Positions 27,242-35,938 of a DNA stretch of 64,000 nt are shown here, in pieces. Origin of the DNA: a virus (lineage: Duplodnaviria; Heunggongvirae; Uroviricota; Caudoviricetes); the IMG/VR virus record IMGVR_UViG_3300000571_000003, positions 21,812 through 85,811 of that record; one strand, given 5' to 3'. Below the pieces are notes generated by a model. That model was not told where the DNA came from. It searched no databases and saw only the letters and a program-made list of their open reading frames with translations. The position numbers and the translations under genes were made by a program. The first letter of the stretch is position 1. Each line of letters begins with the position of its first letter.

Positions 27242-28964
27242 CGATCTCTTAAAAAAAACCGCCCTTGAATATATATCCCGTGGTGTGTCCGTGCTAGTAG
27301 CCGGTAAAAATAAAATACCACTTATCGCATGGAAGGAGTTCACCCAACGCATACCTACGAAAGAAGAGGTAATTTCATGGTTTGACATGTTCCCCGAGGG
27401 CCAGTTAGGGATAATTACCGGTAGGATCTCAAACCTTACTGTAGTAGATATAGAGAAAGGTGGTGACCCATCTTTTCTGCCACAAAATACACCAATCGTA
27501 AAAACAGGTGGAGGAGGATGGCATTATTTTTTTCTTTACGAGCAGGGTGTAATGAACTCTGCCAGGATACGGCCACTGACAGATATTCGCAGTGAAAATG
27601 GATATATTATGGCTCCTCCTTCTTTTTCAGATAAAGGACAATATTCAGTCATCAAAAGTGTTCCACTTCTCCCATTTCCAAAAGAACTCTTTGGATTAAA
27701 GAATCGTTTAAATTTAAACGAAAATAACACAAATAGCAAAATAGAAGTAGAGGAATATCCCGGCTATGGAAAGGGTCAAAGAAATGACATGATGACCAGA
27801 TATATCGGCAGTGTATTAACACGTATACATCCGTCTGACTGGGATAAATTGGCATGGCCTATCGTACAAACTGCTAATACGAAAAATAATCCTCCTCTTC
27901 CTGAATATGAGCTAAAGAATACGTTTAATAGTATCTTACAGGCAGAAAAGAGAAATTCACCAGAGAGGTGGAAAAATAAGACAAACTCTGTTTCAGTGCG
28001 TCCAGAGTGGGATTCTGCAACTGGAGATGACATTGTTTTGATGTCAGAGGTTGCCGCTTCACAATCTATAAATATTGATGATGTTCACCCTCTTGGTTAC
28101 GATGTGTTTGATAAAGCGATCCTTGGTGGTAGCACTCCCGGAGATTTAATTGTAGTCTCTGGTCAAACATCTCATGGGAAAACTTCATTTTGTCAATCTC
28201 TCACATATAACTTCATAAAACGTGGCGAGAAAGTTCTTTGGTTCTCATATGAGGTTCTCATGTCATACCTTTGGAAAAAGTTCGAGACAATGGGTATGAA
28301 CGCAGAAGATTTTATTTTTGCTCCATTTAAAAATACAACAGGAAATGTTGGATGGGTTGAGAAAAAAATAAAAGAGGCAAAGCAGAAGTATGGAATAAAA
28401 ATGGTTGTTATAGATCATCTTGGATTTCTTATGCCAAAAATGAGTCAGAATGATATCTCTAGAAATTATGCAGCATACATTGGACAAATAGTTCGTGAGA
28501 TTAAAACATTGGCAATACAAGAGGAAATAATTATTGTGCTTCCTGTCCATATGAGGAAGACAGAGGATCCAAACATTAATGATCTTAGGGATTCTAGTTC
28601 TATCGGACAAGAATCAGATTTAGTTTTTGTAATGGACAGAATTAAAGCAGAAGGAAATGAAGCACTGACAGAATACTATACAATGTTTACAAAAATATCT
28701 TTGATGAAAAATAGAAAGACTGGAAAATCTGTTGTTGGAAAATTTAAGATGCTTGATGAAAGATTTTGGTACGATGAATCAGAGACGATGAAACCTGAAC
28801 AAAAATATGTAGCGGTAAGAGGATTTAAAAAAACCAGTTCCGTGAACATAGACGAACGCATAGAAGGAAAAAAGAAAAATGCTTTTGATAATATTGTTGA
28901 TGGTAAAAATGCAGATGGAACAAAATTAAAAAAATTAGCAACTCAAGAAGAGGTGCCATTTTAA
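27231..28964 (+). CDS. bifunctional primase-polymerase (Prim-Pol) fused to RecA-fold DnaB-like helicase
   Basis: N-terminal VVDIEKGGDP ... KTGGGGWHYFF archaeo-eukaryotic primase motifs; C-terminal Walker A GQTSHGKTS and Walker B VVIDHLGF. Confidence 0.7.
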   Translation: MSHNDLLKKTALEYISRGVSVLVAGKNKIPLIAWKEFTQRIPTKEEVISWFDMFPEGQLGIITGRISNLTVVDIEKGGDPSFLPQNTPIVKTGGGGWHYFFLYEQGVMNSARIRPLTDIRSENGYIMAPPSFSDKGQYSVIKSVPLLPFPKELFGLKNRLNLNENNTNSKIEVEEYPGYGKGQRNDMMTRYIGSVLTRIHPSDWDKLAWPIVQTANTKNNPPLPEYELKNTFNSILQAEKRNSPERWKNKTNSVSVRPEWDSATGDDIVLMSEVAASQSINIDDVHPLGYDVFDKAILGGSTPGDLIVVSGQTSHGKTSFCQSLTYNFIKRGEKVLWFSYEVLMSYLWKKFETMGMNAEDFIFAPFKNTTGNVGWVEKKIKEAKQKYGIKMVVIDHLGFLMPKMSQNDISRNYAAYIGQIVREIKTLAIQEEIIIVLPVHMRKTEDPNINDLRDSSSIGQESDLVFVMDRIKAEGNEALTEYYTMFTKISLMKNRKTGKSVVGKFKMLDERFWYDESETMKPEQKYVAVRGFKKTSSVNIDERIEGKKKNAFDNIVDGKNADGTKLKKLATQEEVPF

Positions 28965-28974
28965 TAAAAAATAT

Positions 28975-29199
28975 ATGACAATAGACGAAGTAAGAATGTT
29001 AATGGAGGAGTCAGGTATTGAAGAAGAAAAGATAAATGAATTCCTTGTGTCGTTAGAAAAGAATGAAAGTGAAAGTAAAGAAAAAGCATATGACAGAATA
29101 ACAGCAGAATGGGAGATGAAAAATCAAATGGATAACGAAATTGACTGGAGAAAAAAAGCTCAAATCGCAGCTAGAATAATAAGTCTAAATTTAGAATAA
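28975..29199 (+). CDS. hypothetical protein
   Basis: 74-aa ORF, E/K-rich. Confidence 0.4.
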   Translation: MTIDEVRMLMEESGIEEEKINEFLVSLEKNESESKEKAYDRITAEWEMKNQMDNEIDWRKKAQIAARIISLNLE

Positions 29200-29206
29200 A
29201 TAATAT

Positions 29207-29341
29207 ATGACAGAAACAATAATAGTGGCATCAATAGTACTTTGGTTCTTGGGAGAAGTTACATCTAATACATTTGGAGGACTTATAATTATTCTTCCAG
29301 TAATAGCATCAATAGCGATAATTATGAAAATCTGTAAATAA
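29207..29341 (+). CDS. 44-aa hydrophobic membrane peptide
   Basis: MTETIIVASIVLWFLGEVTSNTFGGLIIILPVIASIAIIMKICK; ATG in TAAATAATATATGACA context; below track cutoff. Confidence 0.35.
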   Translation: MTETIIVASIVLWFLGEVTSNTFGGLIIILPVIASIAIIMKICK

Positions 29342-29354
29342 AAAGTTATTAACA

Positions 29355-29383
29355 CTTGACAAGTAAAGAGAAATGTGCTATAC
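29355..29383 (+). promoter_or_regulatory. sigma70-type promoter (family copy 4)
   Basis: cacTTGACAagtaaagagaaatgtgcTATACTgta, 17-nt spacer. Confidence 0.65.
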
Positions 29384-29389
29384 TGTATG

Positions 29390-29590
29390 CAGAAGATAAG
29401 AGTGGTTGAGTAATAAGCGGAAGCTCATCAAATCGATTCCGGTCTTGCAAATAGTGGTCACGCATGGGTGCGCCACACGTAAACGCTACGTTGAGTCACT
29501 CCGTAGTATGAGCAAGTATAAACAGCGCCACCTTATCTTTAATAAAGCGCCTGTAGAGAACTGGCATCTCATTATGAAATAAATAATATC
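29390..29590 (+). ncRNA. candidate ~200-nt structured non-coding RNA
   Basis: No ORF in any frame; local GC well above genome average; long-range complementary segments (GCTCAT...ATGAGC, CTACG...CGTAG, GTGCGCCAC/GCGCCACC); directly downstream of a consensus promoter. Confidence 0.3.
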
Positions 29591-29599
29591 TATAAAAAT

Positions 29600-29815
29600 A
29601 TGGCTTTCAAAAAATATATATCAAGACATAGTAAAAAACCACTTACGATTAGTAATTTCATTGAAGTAATTTCATGGGAGTCAATTAAGATCGAGATGTA
29701 TGCAAAAGATTATAAAAAGTTTTGTAAATGGATGAATGGGCAGACAACCACTTATGGTGGCGTATACAAATGTGATCTTGAGAGATTCTTAAATGGCTTA
29801 GATTGTATTGATTAA
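29600..29815 (+). CDS. hypothetical protein
   Basis: 71-aa ORF. Confidence 0.4.
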   Translation: MAFKKYISRHSKKPLTISNFIEVISWESIKIEMYAKDYKKFCKWMNGQTTTYGGVYKCDLERFLNGLDCID

Positions 29816-29820
29816 AAAAT

Positions 29821-30006
29821 ATGAAATATAGAATAATAAGATTCTACAAAGAAGAAAAAAAACATAGAAGAAAATTAATTAAAGATGGACTTACACTTAA
29901 AGAAGCACAGAAACATTGTAAAGATCCAAAGACAAGAAAGGAAGGAATATATTTTGATGGATATGAAAAAGATTTATGTACTAACTGTGGGCAACAATTA
30001 AAATAA
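29821..30006 (+). CDS. hypothetical basic protein
   Basis: 61-aa ORF, CxxC near C-terminus. Confidence 0.4.
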   Translation: MKYRIIRFYKEEKKHRRKLIKDGLTLKEAQKHCKDPKTRKEGIYFDGYEKDLCTNCGQQLK

Positions 30007-30011
30007 TATAT

Positions 30012-30350
30012 ATGAAAATATTATCACAAGCAGAAGCAAAAAATTTAGAGTTGTTAAATTCTTTTACTCATAAACCATCACAACAGTTTTTGGAGTTTAG
30101 AAAAATTATAGAAGAAATGTATGATCTTCATATGAGGAAGAATTCAGATTATGGAAGCGGAAATATTGGAGACCTTGGCGAGAAAGGAATCTATGTCAGA
30201 ATGTGGGATAAAATATCAAGATTAAAGGAGTTAGTTTGGAATAGAAAAGAGCAAAAAGTTTTAGATGAAAGTATAGATGATACAATCATGGATTTGGGGG
30301 TTTATTCGATAATTATGCTGATATATAGAAGGGGAAAGTGGGGGATATGA
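30012..30350 (+). CDS. hypothetical protein (possible DUF1599-like all-alpha domain)
   Basis: HMRKNSDYGSGNIGDLGEKGIYVRMWDKISRLKEL resembles the KN.DYG...G..G...R..DK..RL motif of a phage-associated DUF; uncertain. Confidence 0.4.
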   Translation: MKILSQAEAKNLELLNSFTHKPSQQFLEFRKIIEEMYDLHMRKNSDYGSGNIGDLGEKGIYVRMWDKISRLKELVWNRKEQKVLDESIDDTIMDLGVYSIIMLIYRRGKWGI

Positions 30351-30703
30351 TCCCCTATATACCTCCAGACCCATGCACGCTTTCCTATGTATATTGTCCA
30401 TATGAAATAGTAGAAGATTATACAGAGATTGAGTCAGTTGTAACAGCATACGTTTTAAAAGGGATCATGGCATCTGGTGAACAAGTTTATGATGGATCTA
30501 TAGCTTGTCCAAGATACATTCCACTAGAAACGAAAATAGAGATCTTTGAAAAAAAATATATCTGCAAAGATAGAATGAATAAAAGATTTCCAGACAGATT
30601 TGATATATGGATGAAAAATAAAAAAGATGCAATTGAATTTGGAAAACAAAAAATAAAATTAAGAATTTTTCATAAAAAAAATAATCTATATGTTAAAGGT
30701 TGA
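30338..30703 (+). CDS. hypothetical protein
   Basis: 121-aa ORF overlapping neighbours. Confidence 0.4.
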   Translation: MGDMIPYIPPDPCTLSYVYCPYEIVEDYTEIESVVTAYVLKGIMASGEQVYDGSIACPRYIPLETKIEIFEKKYICKDRMNKRFPDRFDIWMKNKKDAIEFGKQKIKLRIFHKKNNLYVKG

Positions 30704-30965
30704 GGTAGAAAGAAATGCAATATCTGAATTTAATTTTATATCTGCAACAATGATATGCAACTGGTGTGATAAAGCGATTACAAGGAGTGGCCCATCTAAA
30801 AATGTTGTTAGTATATGTGGAGAAAAAGGATGGAGAATGAGGGTATCTTTAAATGGAAAAGAATGGATGGTTGCATGTAATAATAATGAATGTTTGAAAG
30901 GAATAAATTCATATAATAATATAATATATGAATATGATAAAAGAAATACACTAAACAGGCTTTAA
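30690..30965 (+). CDS. small Cys-containing protein
   Basis: 91-aa ORF, CNWCDK ... CGEKG. Confidence 0.4.
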   Translation: MLKVEVERNAISEFNFISATMICNWCDKAITRSGPSKNVVSICGEKGWRMRVSLNGKEWMVACNNNECLKGINSYNNIIYEYDKRNTLNRL

Positions 30966-31005
30966 AGATATTATTATTATGCAAAGAAAGACGCATTTAT
31001 AACAT

Positions 31006-31461
31006 ATGACTTATGAAGAGTTTAAAAAGCAACTAGAAATAGATAGGGAATCTACTTGGTATAAAATCTCATACCCTCTTTATCGTACATTCTATTGGCT
31101 ATGCGACTTCCGATATCACCTTCGCTGTATACGATGGTATTTCGTGAGGGGATGGAGAGGCTGGGCAGAATGTGATATGTGGAGCTTTGACAGCTATTTG
31201 ACCTCTTGGGTAGGTGATGCGTTGCGCCACCTCAATAAGCATCGGAATGGTTGTTATCCATCATACCTTGCATCAGAAGAAGAGTGGACAGAAATTATTG
31301 AAAAGATAGCAATCGGTTTCGATATTCCTGCGATTCAAGATGAACTTACACTTGAAGAAGGGGGATACGAAGAATATAAAAAGAAATGGGACGAACTTGA
31401 AGAACGAAGGATTGAAGGAATGACCCTTTTTGTTAAGCACTACCATGGTCTATGGGATTGA
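31006..31461 (+). CDS. hypothetical protein (Trp/Arg-rich)
   Basis: 151-aa ORF. Confidence 0.45.
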   Translation: MTYEEFKKQLEIDRESTWYKISYPLYRTFYWLCDFRYHLRCIRWYFVRGWRGWAECDMWSFDSYLTSWVGDALRHLNKHRNGCYPSYLASEEEWTEIIEKIAIGFDIPAIQDELTLEEGGYEEYKKKWDELEERRIEGMTLFVKHYHGLWD

Positions 31462-31588
31462 TGGGAAAATATAATAAATCATAAAGTATTAAGTATGAGA
31501 GTCATCTTTGAAATACTATTCGCTCTTATCTTGGTCGGGATATGGGCGATCATTATGAAAAAACTATTTATGAATAAGAAAAAATAAT

Positions 31589-32431
31589 ATGACAGAAACT
31601 TCATACGAGAGAGAAGAAAAAAGGAAATTAAAGCTTATTATCGGTGGCGTAATAGCGTTCCTGCTTATAGTGTTGTTTATCGCCATGAATCCGTTTGTTT
31701 TTGTGACAGCTGGACAGCGAGGTGTGGTGATGAATTGGGGTGCTGTGTCTGATACCGTGTTGGGTGAGGGTGTGCACTGGCGAACACCAATAGTGCAGAG
31801 CGTGAAGACGATCGACGTGCGAACACAGAAGGAGCAGGTAGACAGCTCTGCGGCATCAAAGGACATGCAGACGGTTAGTGCTAAAGTTGCGCTTAATTAT
31901 CACGTAATGCCGGAAAAGGTAAATCTCTTATGGCAAAAGATTGGAGCTGATTATAAAGACAGAATTATTGATCCCGCCGTACAGGAAGCGGTTAAGTCTA
32001 CAACAGCGAAGTACACGGCAGAGGAGCTCATTACGAAGCGCGAGAGTGTGAAAGAAGAGATTAAGACAGCTCTTATGACACGGCTTAGTAATGAATATAT
32101 TGCAGTAGATGAGTTCTCGATTGTAGACTTTAATTTCTCTGAGTCGTTTAATAAGGCGATTGAAGCAAAGCAGACTGCCGTGCAACAAGCATTACAGGCA
32201 GAGAACGACTTAAGGCGCATTAAGGTTGAGGCAGAGCAGACGGTCGCCACTGCAAGGGCAAGTGCTGAAGCAATAAAAATACAGGCAGAAGCAATAAATA
32301 GTACAGGTGGTGCTGATTATGTTGCCCTCCAATGGGTTGATGCTTGGAAATCAGGGGGAGCAAGGGTTCCTGAATTTATTACAAGTGAACAGTCCGGTGG
32401 GTTTATTATGAACTTACCAAATAAGAAGTAA
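31589..32431 (+). CDS. SPFH/Band-7 (prohibitin/HflC-like) membrane protein
   Basis: N-terminal TM helix (LIIGGVIAFLLIVLFIAM), then band-7 core (VQSVKTIDVRTQKEQVDSSAASKDMQTVSAKVALNYHV ... AEELITKRESV) and A/E/Q-rich coiled coil; coding GC visibly higher than surroundings. Confidence 0.7.
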   Translation: MTETSYEREEKRKLKLIIGGVIAFLLIVLFIAMNPFVFVTAGQRGVVMNWGAVSDTVLGEGVHWRTPIVQSVKTIDVRTQKEQVDSSAASKDMQTVSAKVALNYHVMPEKVNLLWQKIGADYKDRIIDPAVQEAVKSTTAKYTAEELITKRESVKEEIKTALMTRLSNEYIAVDEFSIVDFNFSESFNKAIEAKQTAVQQALQAENDLRRIKVEAEQTVATARASAEAIKIQAEAINSTGGADYVALQWVDAWKSGGARVPEFITSEQSGGFIMNLPNKK

Positions 32432-32437
32432 AGTCGA

Positions 32438-32465
32438 TTGACAATAGTTTCATATCGTCTATAAT
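32438..32465 (+). promoter_or_regulatory. promoter-like TTGACA-16-TATAAT placed 7 nt before the ATG of the HNH gene (possible leaderless mRNA)
   Basis: TTGACAatagtttcatatcgtcTATAATtagacatATG. Confidence 0.4.
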
Positions 32466-32472
32466 TAGACAT

Positions 32473-33054
32473 ATGATTACAAAAGAACAATTAAGTAAAA
32501 TTAGAAGTGACGCAGCAAAGCTTTCATATCTTAATGGAAGGATTCATCCAAATTTAGGGAAGCATCTTTCGGCTATAACAAAAAAAAGACAAAGTAGAGC
32601 TCGTTTAAAGTTCTATAAAAACGGTGGTATTCATCCTAACACTGGGAAAAAATTCTCTGAAAAAAGAAAAAAGGAAATGAGTGTATTAAATTCAGGAGAT
32701 AAGAACCCAAATTGGAATGGGGGGGTGGTAAAGACAAAAATAGGCTATTTGTTTGAATATTGCCCAAACAGTAAAAGGTCCAATGGGGGGACTATAAACC
32801 ATGTATTGCAACACCGCCTAGTAATGGCTAGACATATTGGAAGAGACTTGTTGTCTTCAGAGGTTGTTCATCACATAAATGGGATTAAGGATGACAATAG
32901 GATAGAAAATCTTGTCATTACGACCGCCTCTAAGCATGTTTCTGGACATAACTCGGAAAGAGTATGGAAAGAAAGTAGTAAGAATAAGCAGCGGATAAAA
33001 GCAGAAAAAATGAGGGATAAAAATAGTGGACGTTTTATCAATCTTACTAAATAA
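32473..33054 (+). CDS. HNH homing endonuclease
   Basis: VVHHINGIKDDNRIENLVITTASKHVSGH HNH core. Confidence 0.6.
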   Translation: MITKEQLSKIRSDAAKLSYLNGRIHPNLGKHLSAITKKRQSRARLKFYKNGGIHPNTGKKFSEKRKKEMSVLNSGDKNPNWNGGVVKTKIGYLFEYCPNSKRSNGGTINHVLQHRLVMARHIGRDLLSSEVVHHINGIKDDNRIENLVITTASKHVSGHNSERVWKESSKNKQRIKAEKMRDKNSGRFINLTK

Positions 33055-33111
33055 TATGTACGAAAAATCAAACTGCTGTGGCGCAATAGCATTGAACATA
33101 CTTATAAATCT

Positions 33112-33195
33112 ATGACCACCCCAATCTGCGCCTGCAACAACCCCCTCTCCCTCAAGAAGCTCTCAGAGCTGACGGAGATAATTAATAAGATGTGA
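33112..33195 (+). CDS. 27-codon leader ORF in GC-rich repeat copy A (MTTPICACNNPLSLKKLSELTEIINKM)
   Basis: ATG in consensus start context; ends ATGTGA 5 nt before next ATG; paralogous to 33653..33724 and 34153..34233. Confidence 0.3.
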   Translation: MTTPICACNNPLSLKKLSELTEIINKM

Positions 33196-33200
33196 ATTAT

Positions 33201-33341
33201 ATGGAAAAGTTTTTAGAAAAGTTTGATACTCTAGCAGAAACAATTTTTAATGAATTTGAGAAGAAGCCACTCTCAACATCGGTAAAAGCACTCATTATCT
33301 ACTGGATATTTCTTAAGATTAAGAATCTTTCACGACGATAA
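33201..33341 (+). CDS. small hypothetical protein (46 aa)
   Basis: MEKFLEKFDTLAETIFNEFEKK...; follows leader ORF A. Confidence 0.3.
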   Translation: MEKFLEKFDTLAETIFNEFEKKPLSTSVKALIIYWIFLKIKNLSRR

Positions 33342-33342
33342 T

Positions 33343-33651
33343 ATGCAAAATGAAATATACATAGCGTTCGGTCTAATCTTCCTTTGCATTATAGGATTAT
33401 TTTACAGCCACACTGACGGTTGGATGAAAAAAATCATTGCAGTATTCATAGCGTTCGTGCTGTTTTCTCTTGGAACAAATCTAACATCGTTAATAAAACC
33501 GATTGTCATTGAAAAAGAAAAAGCAGTTTACTTAACTGATATGAACGAAGGAAGTACAGTACGATGGAATGGTAAAGATTACTGTATTGTTGAAGTTGGT
33601 GATTATGACAGTATCGGAAAGATGACCTTATATCTAAATAAGTGTAAATAA
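33343..33651 (+). CDS. small membrane protein
   Basis: Two predicted TM helices (IYIAFGLIFLCIIGLFY; IIAVFIAFVLFSLG). Confidence 0.45.
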   Translation: MQNEIYIAFGLIFLCIIGLFYSHTDGWMKKIIAVFIAFVLFSLGTNLTSLIKPIVIEKEKAVYLTDMNEGSTVRWNGKDYCIVEVGDYDSIGKMTLYLNKCK

Positions 33652-33652
33652 T

Positions 33653-33724
33653 ATGAACCCCAACAACACCCCCCTCTCCCCAGAGAAGCTCTCAGAGCTG
33701 ACGGAGATTATAAATAAGATGTGA
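33653..33724 (+). CDS. 23-codon leader ORF in GC-rich repeat copy B (MNPNNTPLSPEKLSELTEIINKM)
   Basis: Stop TGA 2 nt before ATG of 33726 gene. Confidence 0.3.
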   Translation: MNPNNTPLSPEKLSELTEIINKM

Positions 33725-33725
33725 T

Positions 33726-34151
33726 ATGAACTACGCTAATTTAAATGAAGATAAAGAAAATAATACTATGAAAGCAGTATTGATTGTTTTTGGTTCTCTA
33801 TTTGCAGCGATTCTAGTGGCTCTTTTATTTTGGGGGATTCCACAGTATGGACTGTACGCACAAGGCTTGAAAGGAGAGGCGAACTTACGCCAGCAGGAAT
33901 GGGAACGAAAGATTCTTGTTCAGCAAGCTACAGCAGAAAGAGATTCGGCAAGTCTCAAGGCAGAAGCAGAAGTTGCGCGTGCAAAAGGTGTGGCTCAGGC
34001 GAATAAAATTATTGCAGAAGGACTTAAAGGAAATGAAGAGTACCTACGCTATCTCTGGATAAATAATCTTGAGCATGTTCAGGGAGCACAGGTTATTTAT
34101 GTCCCAACGGAAGCAGGACTGCCTATTCTTGAAGCGAATAGACTGAAATAA
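33726..34151 (+). CDS. SPFH/Band-7-like protein, short form
   Basis: TM helix (AVLIVFGSLFAAILVALLFWGI) then QQATAERDSASLKAEAEVARAKGVAQANKIIAEGLKGNEEYLRYLWINNLE resembling prohibitin/YqiK C-terminal region. Confidence 0.45.
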   Translation: MNYANLNEDKENNTMKAVLIVFGSLFAAILVALLFWGIPQYGLYAQGLKGEANLRQQEWERKILVQQATAERDSASLKAEAEVARAKGVAQANKIIAEGLKGNEEYLRYLWINNLEHVQGAQVIYVPTEAGLPILEANRLK

Positions 34152-34152
34152 T

Positions 34153-34233
34153 ATGACCACCCCCAACAACATCCCCCTCTCCCCCGAGAAGCTCGCTGAG
34201 ATAGAATCGTATTTCAAGCAAAAACGAATATGA
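34153..34233 (+). CDS. 26-codon leader ORF in GC-rich repeat copy C (MTTPNNIPLSPEKLAEIESYFKQKRI)
   Basis: Stop overlaps start of 34230 gene (ATATGA). Confidence 0.3.
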   Translation: MTTPNNIPLSPEKLAEIESYFKQKRI

Positions 34234-34577
34234 GAAAGTTATATTATGAAGAAGAAAATGGCGAATTTTACTGGGTGAAGGAAACACTAAAGACCTTCAC
34301 TATTGAATGGGTGGCGAAGTTTAATTGTGATAGCGAAAAAACACCGCTTGACCAAAATGTAAAATGGGGGAATATCCTAAAAGTTTCAAAAGAGAAAAAC
34401 AAAAAGCATTGTTTGAGTAGTTATGACGATGAGCATATTTGTATTTATCCATTTCAAAACGGGCAACCTTTCTATTTAGAGCCAGCTACTAAAACTCATA
34501 TTACAAGTGAAATATCAAATTGTGTAAAATGGGGAGTATCAAGTCAGTATTATCAAGATTTAATGCAATTTGTATGA
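34230..34577 (+). CDS. hypothetical protein
   Basis: 115-aa ORF. Confidence 0.45.
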   Translation: MRKLYYEEENGEFYWVKETLKTFTIEWVAKFNCDSEKTPLDQNVKWGNILKVSKEKNKKHCLSSYDDEHICIYPFQNGQPFYLEPATKTHITSEISNCVKWGVSSQYYQDLMQFV

Positions 34578-34777
34578 AAAGAGATACGAAGTGGAGGGAG
34601 GAGTTTGAAGCAAATATGCTTGACGGTGATAGTGTTTATGATTGTGGTGGAGCAACGCTTTCTGCTGAGGATGTATATGAGTATGTTTCTGAATACATCA
34701 CCTCCCTCCTCCAACAGAAGCACGAGGAGAGCTATAAGCTGGGATTCGATGATGGCGTTAAGAGTATGTATAAATAA
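34520..34777 (+). CDS. hypothetical protein
   Basis: 85-aa ORF. Confidence 0.4.
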   Translation: MCKMGSIKSVLSRFNAICMKRDTKWREEFEANMLDGDSVYDCGGATLSAEDVYEYVSEYITSLLQQKHEESYKLGFDDGVKSMYK

Positions 34778-34778
34778 T

Positions 34779-35063
34779 ATGAAAAGAGAAAAAACAAAAC
34801 GTGGTTTTGGATTGATACAGTTTACTGACTATAACGGTGTTGAGTGTTCTCTTCAAAAATCTTCTATAGCCACAGATGATCTTATATGGCTCGGATGCGA
34901 TGATGCTGATCCGCAGTACTTTGTACCCAATGGTAATCCATCATGGCGCAAGCTTGAAGTTCCAGCAGAGACAGTTTTTAATACCCGTATGCACCTCACC
35001 AGATCACAGGTGAAGAAACTAATGCCACATCTTCAAAAATTCATAGATGAAGGAGAAATATGA
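34779..35063 (+). CDS. hypothetical protein
   Basis: Track ORF 34605..35063 trimmed to ATG in TAAATAATATG context (MKREKTKRGFGLIQFTDYNG...). Confidence 0.45.
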   Translation: MKREKTKRGFGLIQFTDYNGVECSLQKSSIATDDLIWLGCDDADPQYFVPNGNPSWRKLEVPAETVFNTRMHLTRSQVKKLMPHLQKFIDEGEI

Positions 35064-35581
35064 CACAAAACCCTAACAGCTCGCTGGAGAGGCTGGTGGA
35101 GAAAGCAGACATTAATTTTGATGCGTGTTTGGACTATCACAAAATACCGTTCCTTCCAGTTGAGTTTCATGAGCTTATTCGAGAGGAACTACGAGTCGCC
35201 TACACCACAGGCTACAACGCAGGACTCGCAGACGAGCGGAAGGCACGAGAGCTTGATAAGAACGAATCATTGGCTGAGTTCAAATCCAGGGAGCAGGATG
35301 AGCTTGATAAATTAAAGAAGAAGATTTTTAATACAAATCTTTGTGAGGAAGAAACATTAAAAAAAATAAAAATAGAACCTTTTCAGAAATCGTCTTGTTG
35401 TGGTGTGAAAGTAATTAAACGAACAAAAGAAGATATGAATAATAGATGGAAAAAATGGCTAGATGGTATATGCATAAATTGTGAAGAAAATTGTGCAGTC
35501 ATCACCGAATCAGCTGATTCCATCCCCCAGACAATGCAGGACTCGCAGACGAGCGGAAGGCACGAGAGCTTGAGTGGGTAA
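35060..35581 (+). CDS. hypothetical protein containing an internal 36-bp direct repeat
   Basis: 173-aa ORF; CAGGACTCGCAGACGAGCGGAAGGCACGAGAGCTTGA occurs at ~35217 and ~35536, read in two different frames. Confidence 0.45.
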   Translation: MTQNPNSSLERLVEKADINFDACLDYHKIPFLPVEFHELIREELRVAYTTGYNAGLADERKARELDKNESLAEFKSREQDELDKLKKKIFNTNLCEEETLKKIKIEPFQKSSCCGVKVIKRTKEDMNNRWKKWLDGICINCEENCAVITESADSIPQTMQDSQTSGRHESLSG

Positions 35582-35898
35582 TGAAAGATGTATGAAACAA
35601 GAAATACTAAGAAGACAAGATATATTCAAATCTTTTTTAGAAAAGGAATTATACAACAACTCTGCTGTTGAGATGTATCAGGAAGACATAAAATCAATAG
35701 TAGAAAATGTAATGACTTTATATCGTGCTGATATTGAGAAAGTAATTGAACTATTAAAAGAACTATGAAACACACACCATTGATTATTGTAGTAGTTTTT
35801 TTGGTTGGTATTTCTTTACTTATATACCTAACACCTTTATGTGAACGTCCTTCCAATTATTTATCAGGGAATGATATGGCTAAGTGTATTTTAAAATG

Positions 35899-35918
35899 AC
35901 CCCCCAGAGATAACATTA
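35899..35918 (+). repeat. 20-bp direct repeat ACCCCCCAGAGATAACATTA (left copy)
   Basis: Identical to 36191-36210; flanks ORF 35939..36205. Confidence 0.8.
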
Positions 35919-35938
35919 ACAAGTAATAAATAAACGAT

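Noticed and set aside
29390-29590. tRNA or tmRNA in the GC-rich ORF-free stretch
   Set aside because: No cloverleaf with T-loop GTTCGAATC-like sequence or CCA-adjacent acceptor pairing was identifiable. It is kept only as a generic ncRNA candidate.
35118-35315. Alternative-frame ORF inside 35060..35581
   Set aside because: It arises because the 36-bp internal repeat is open in two frames. The longer ORF with stop/start coupling to its neighbours is preferred.
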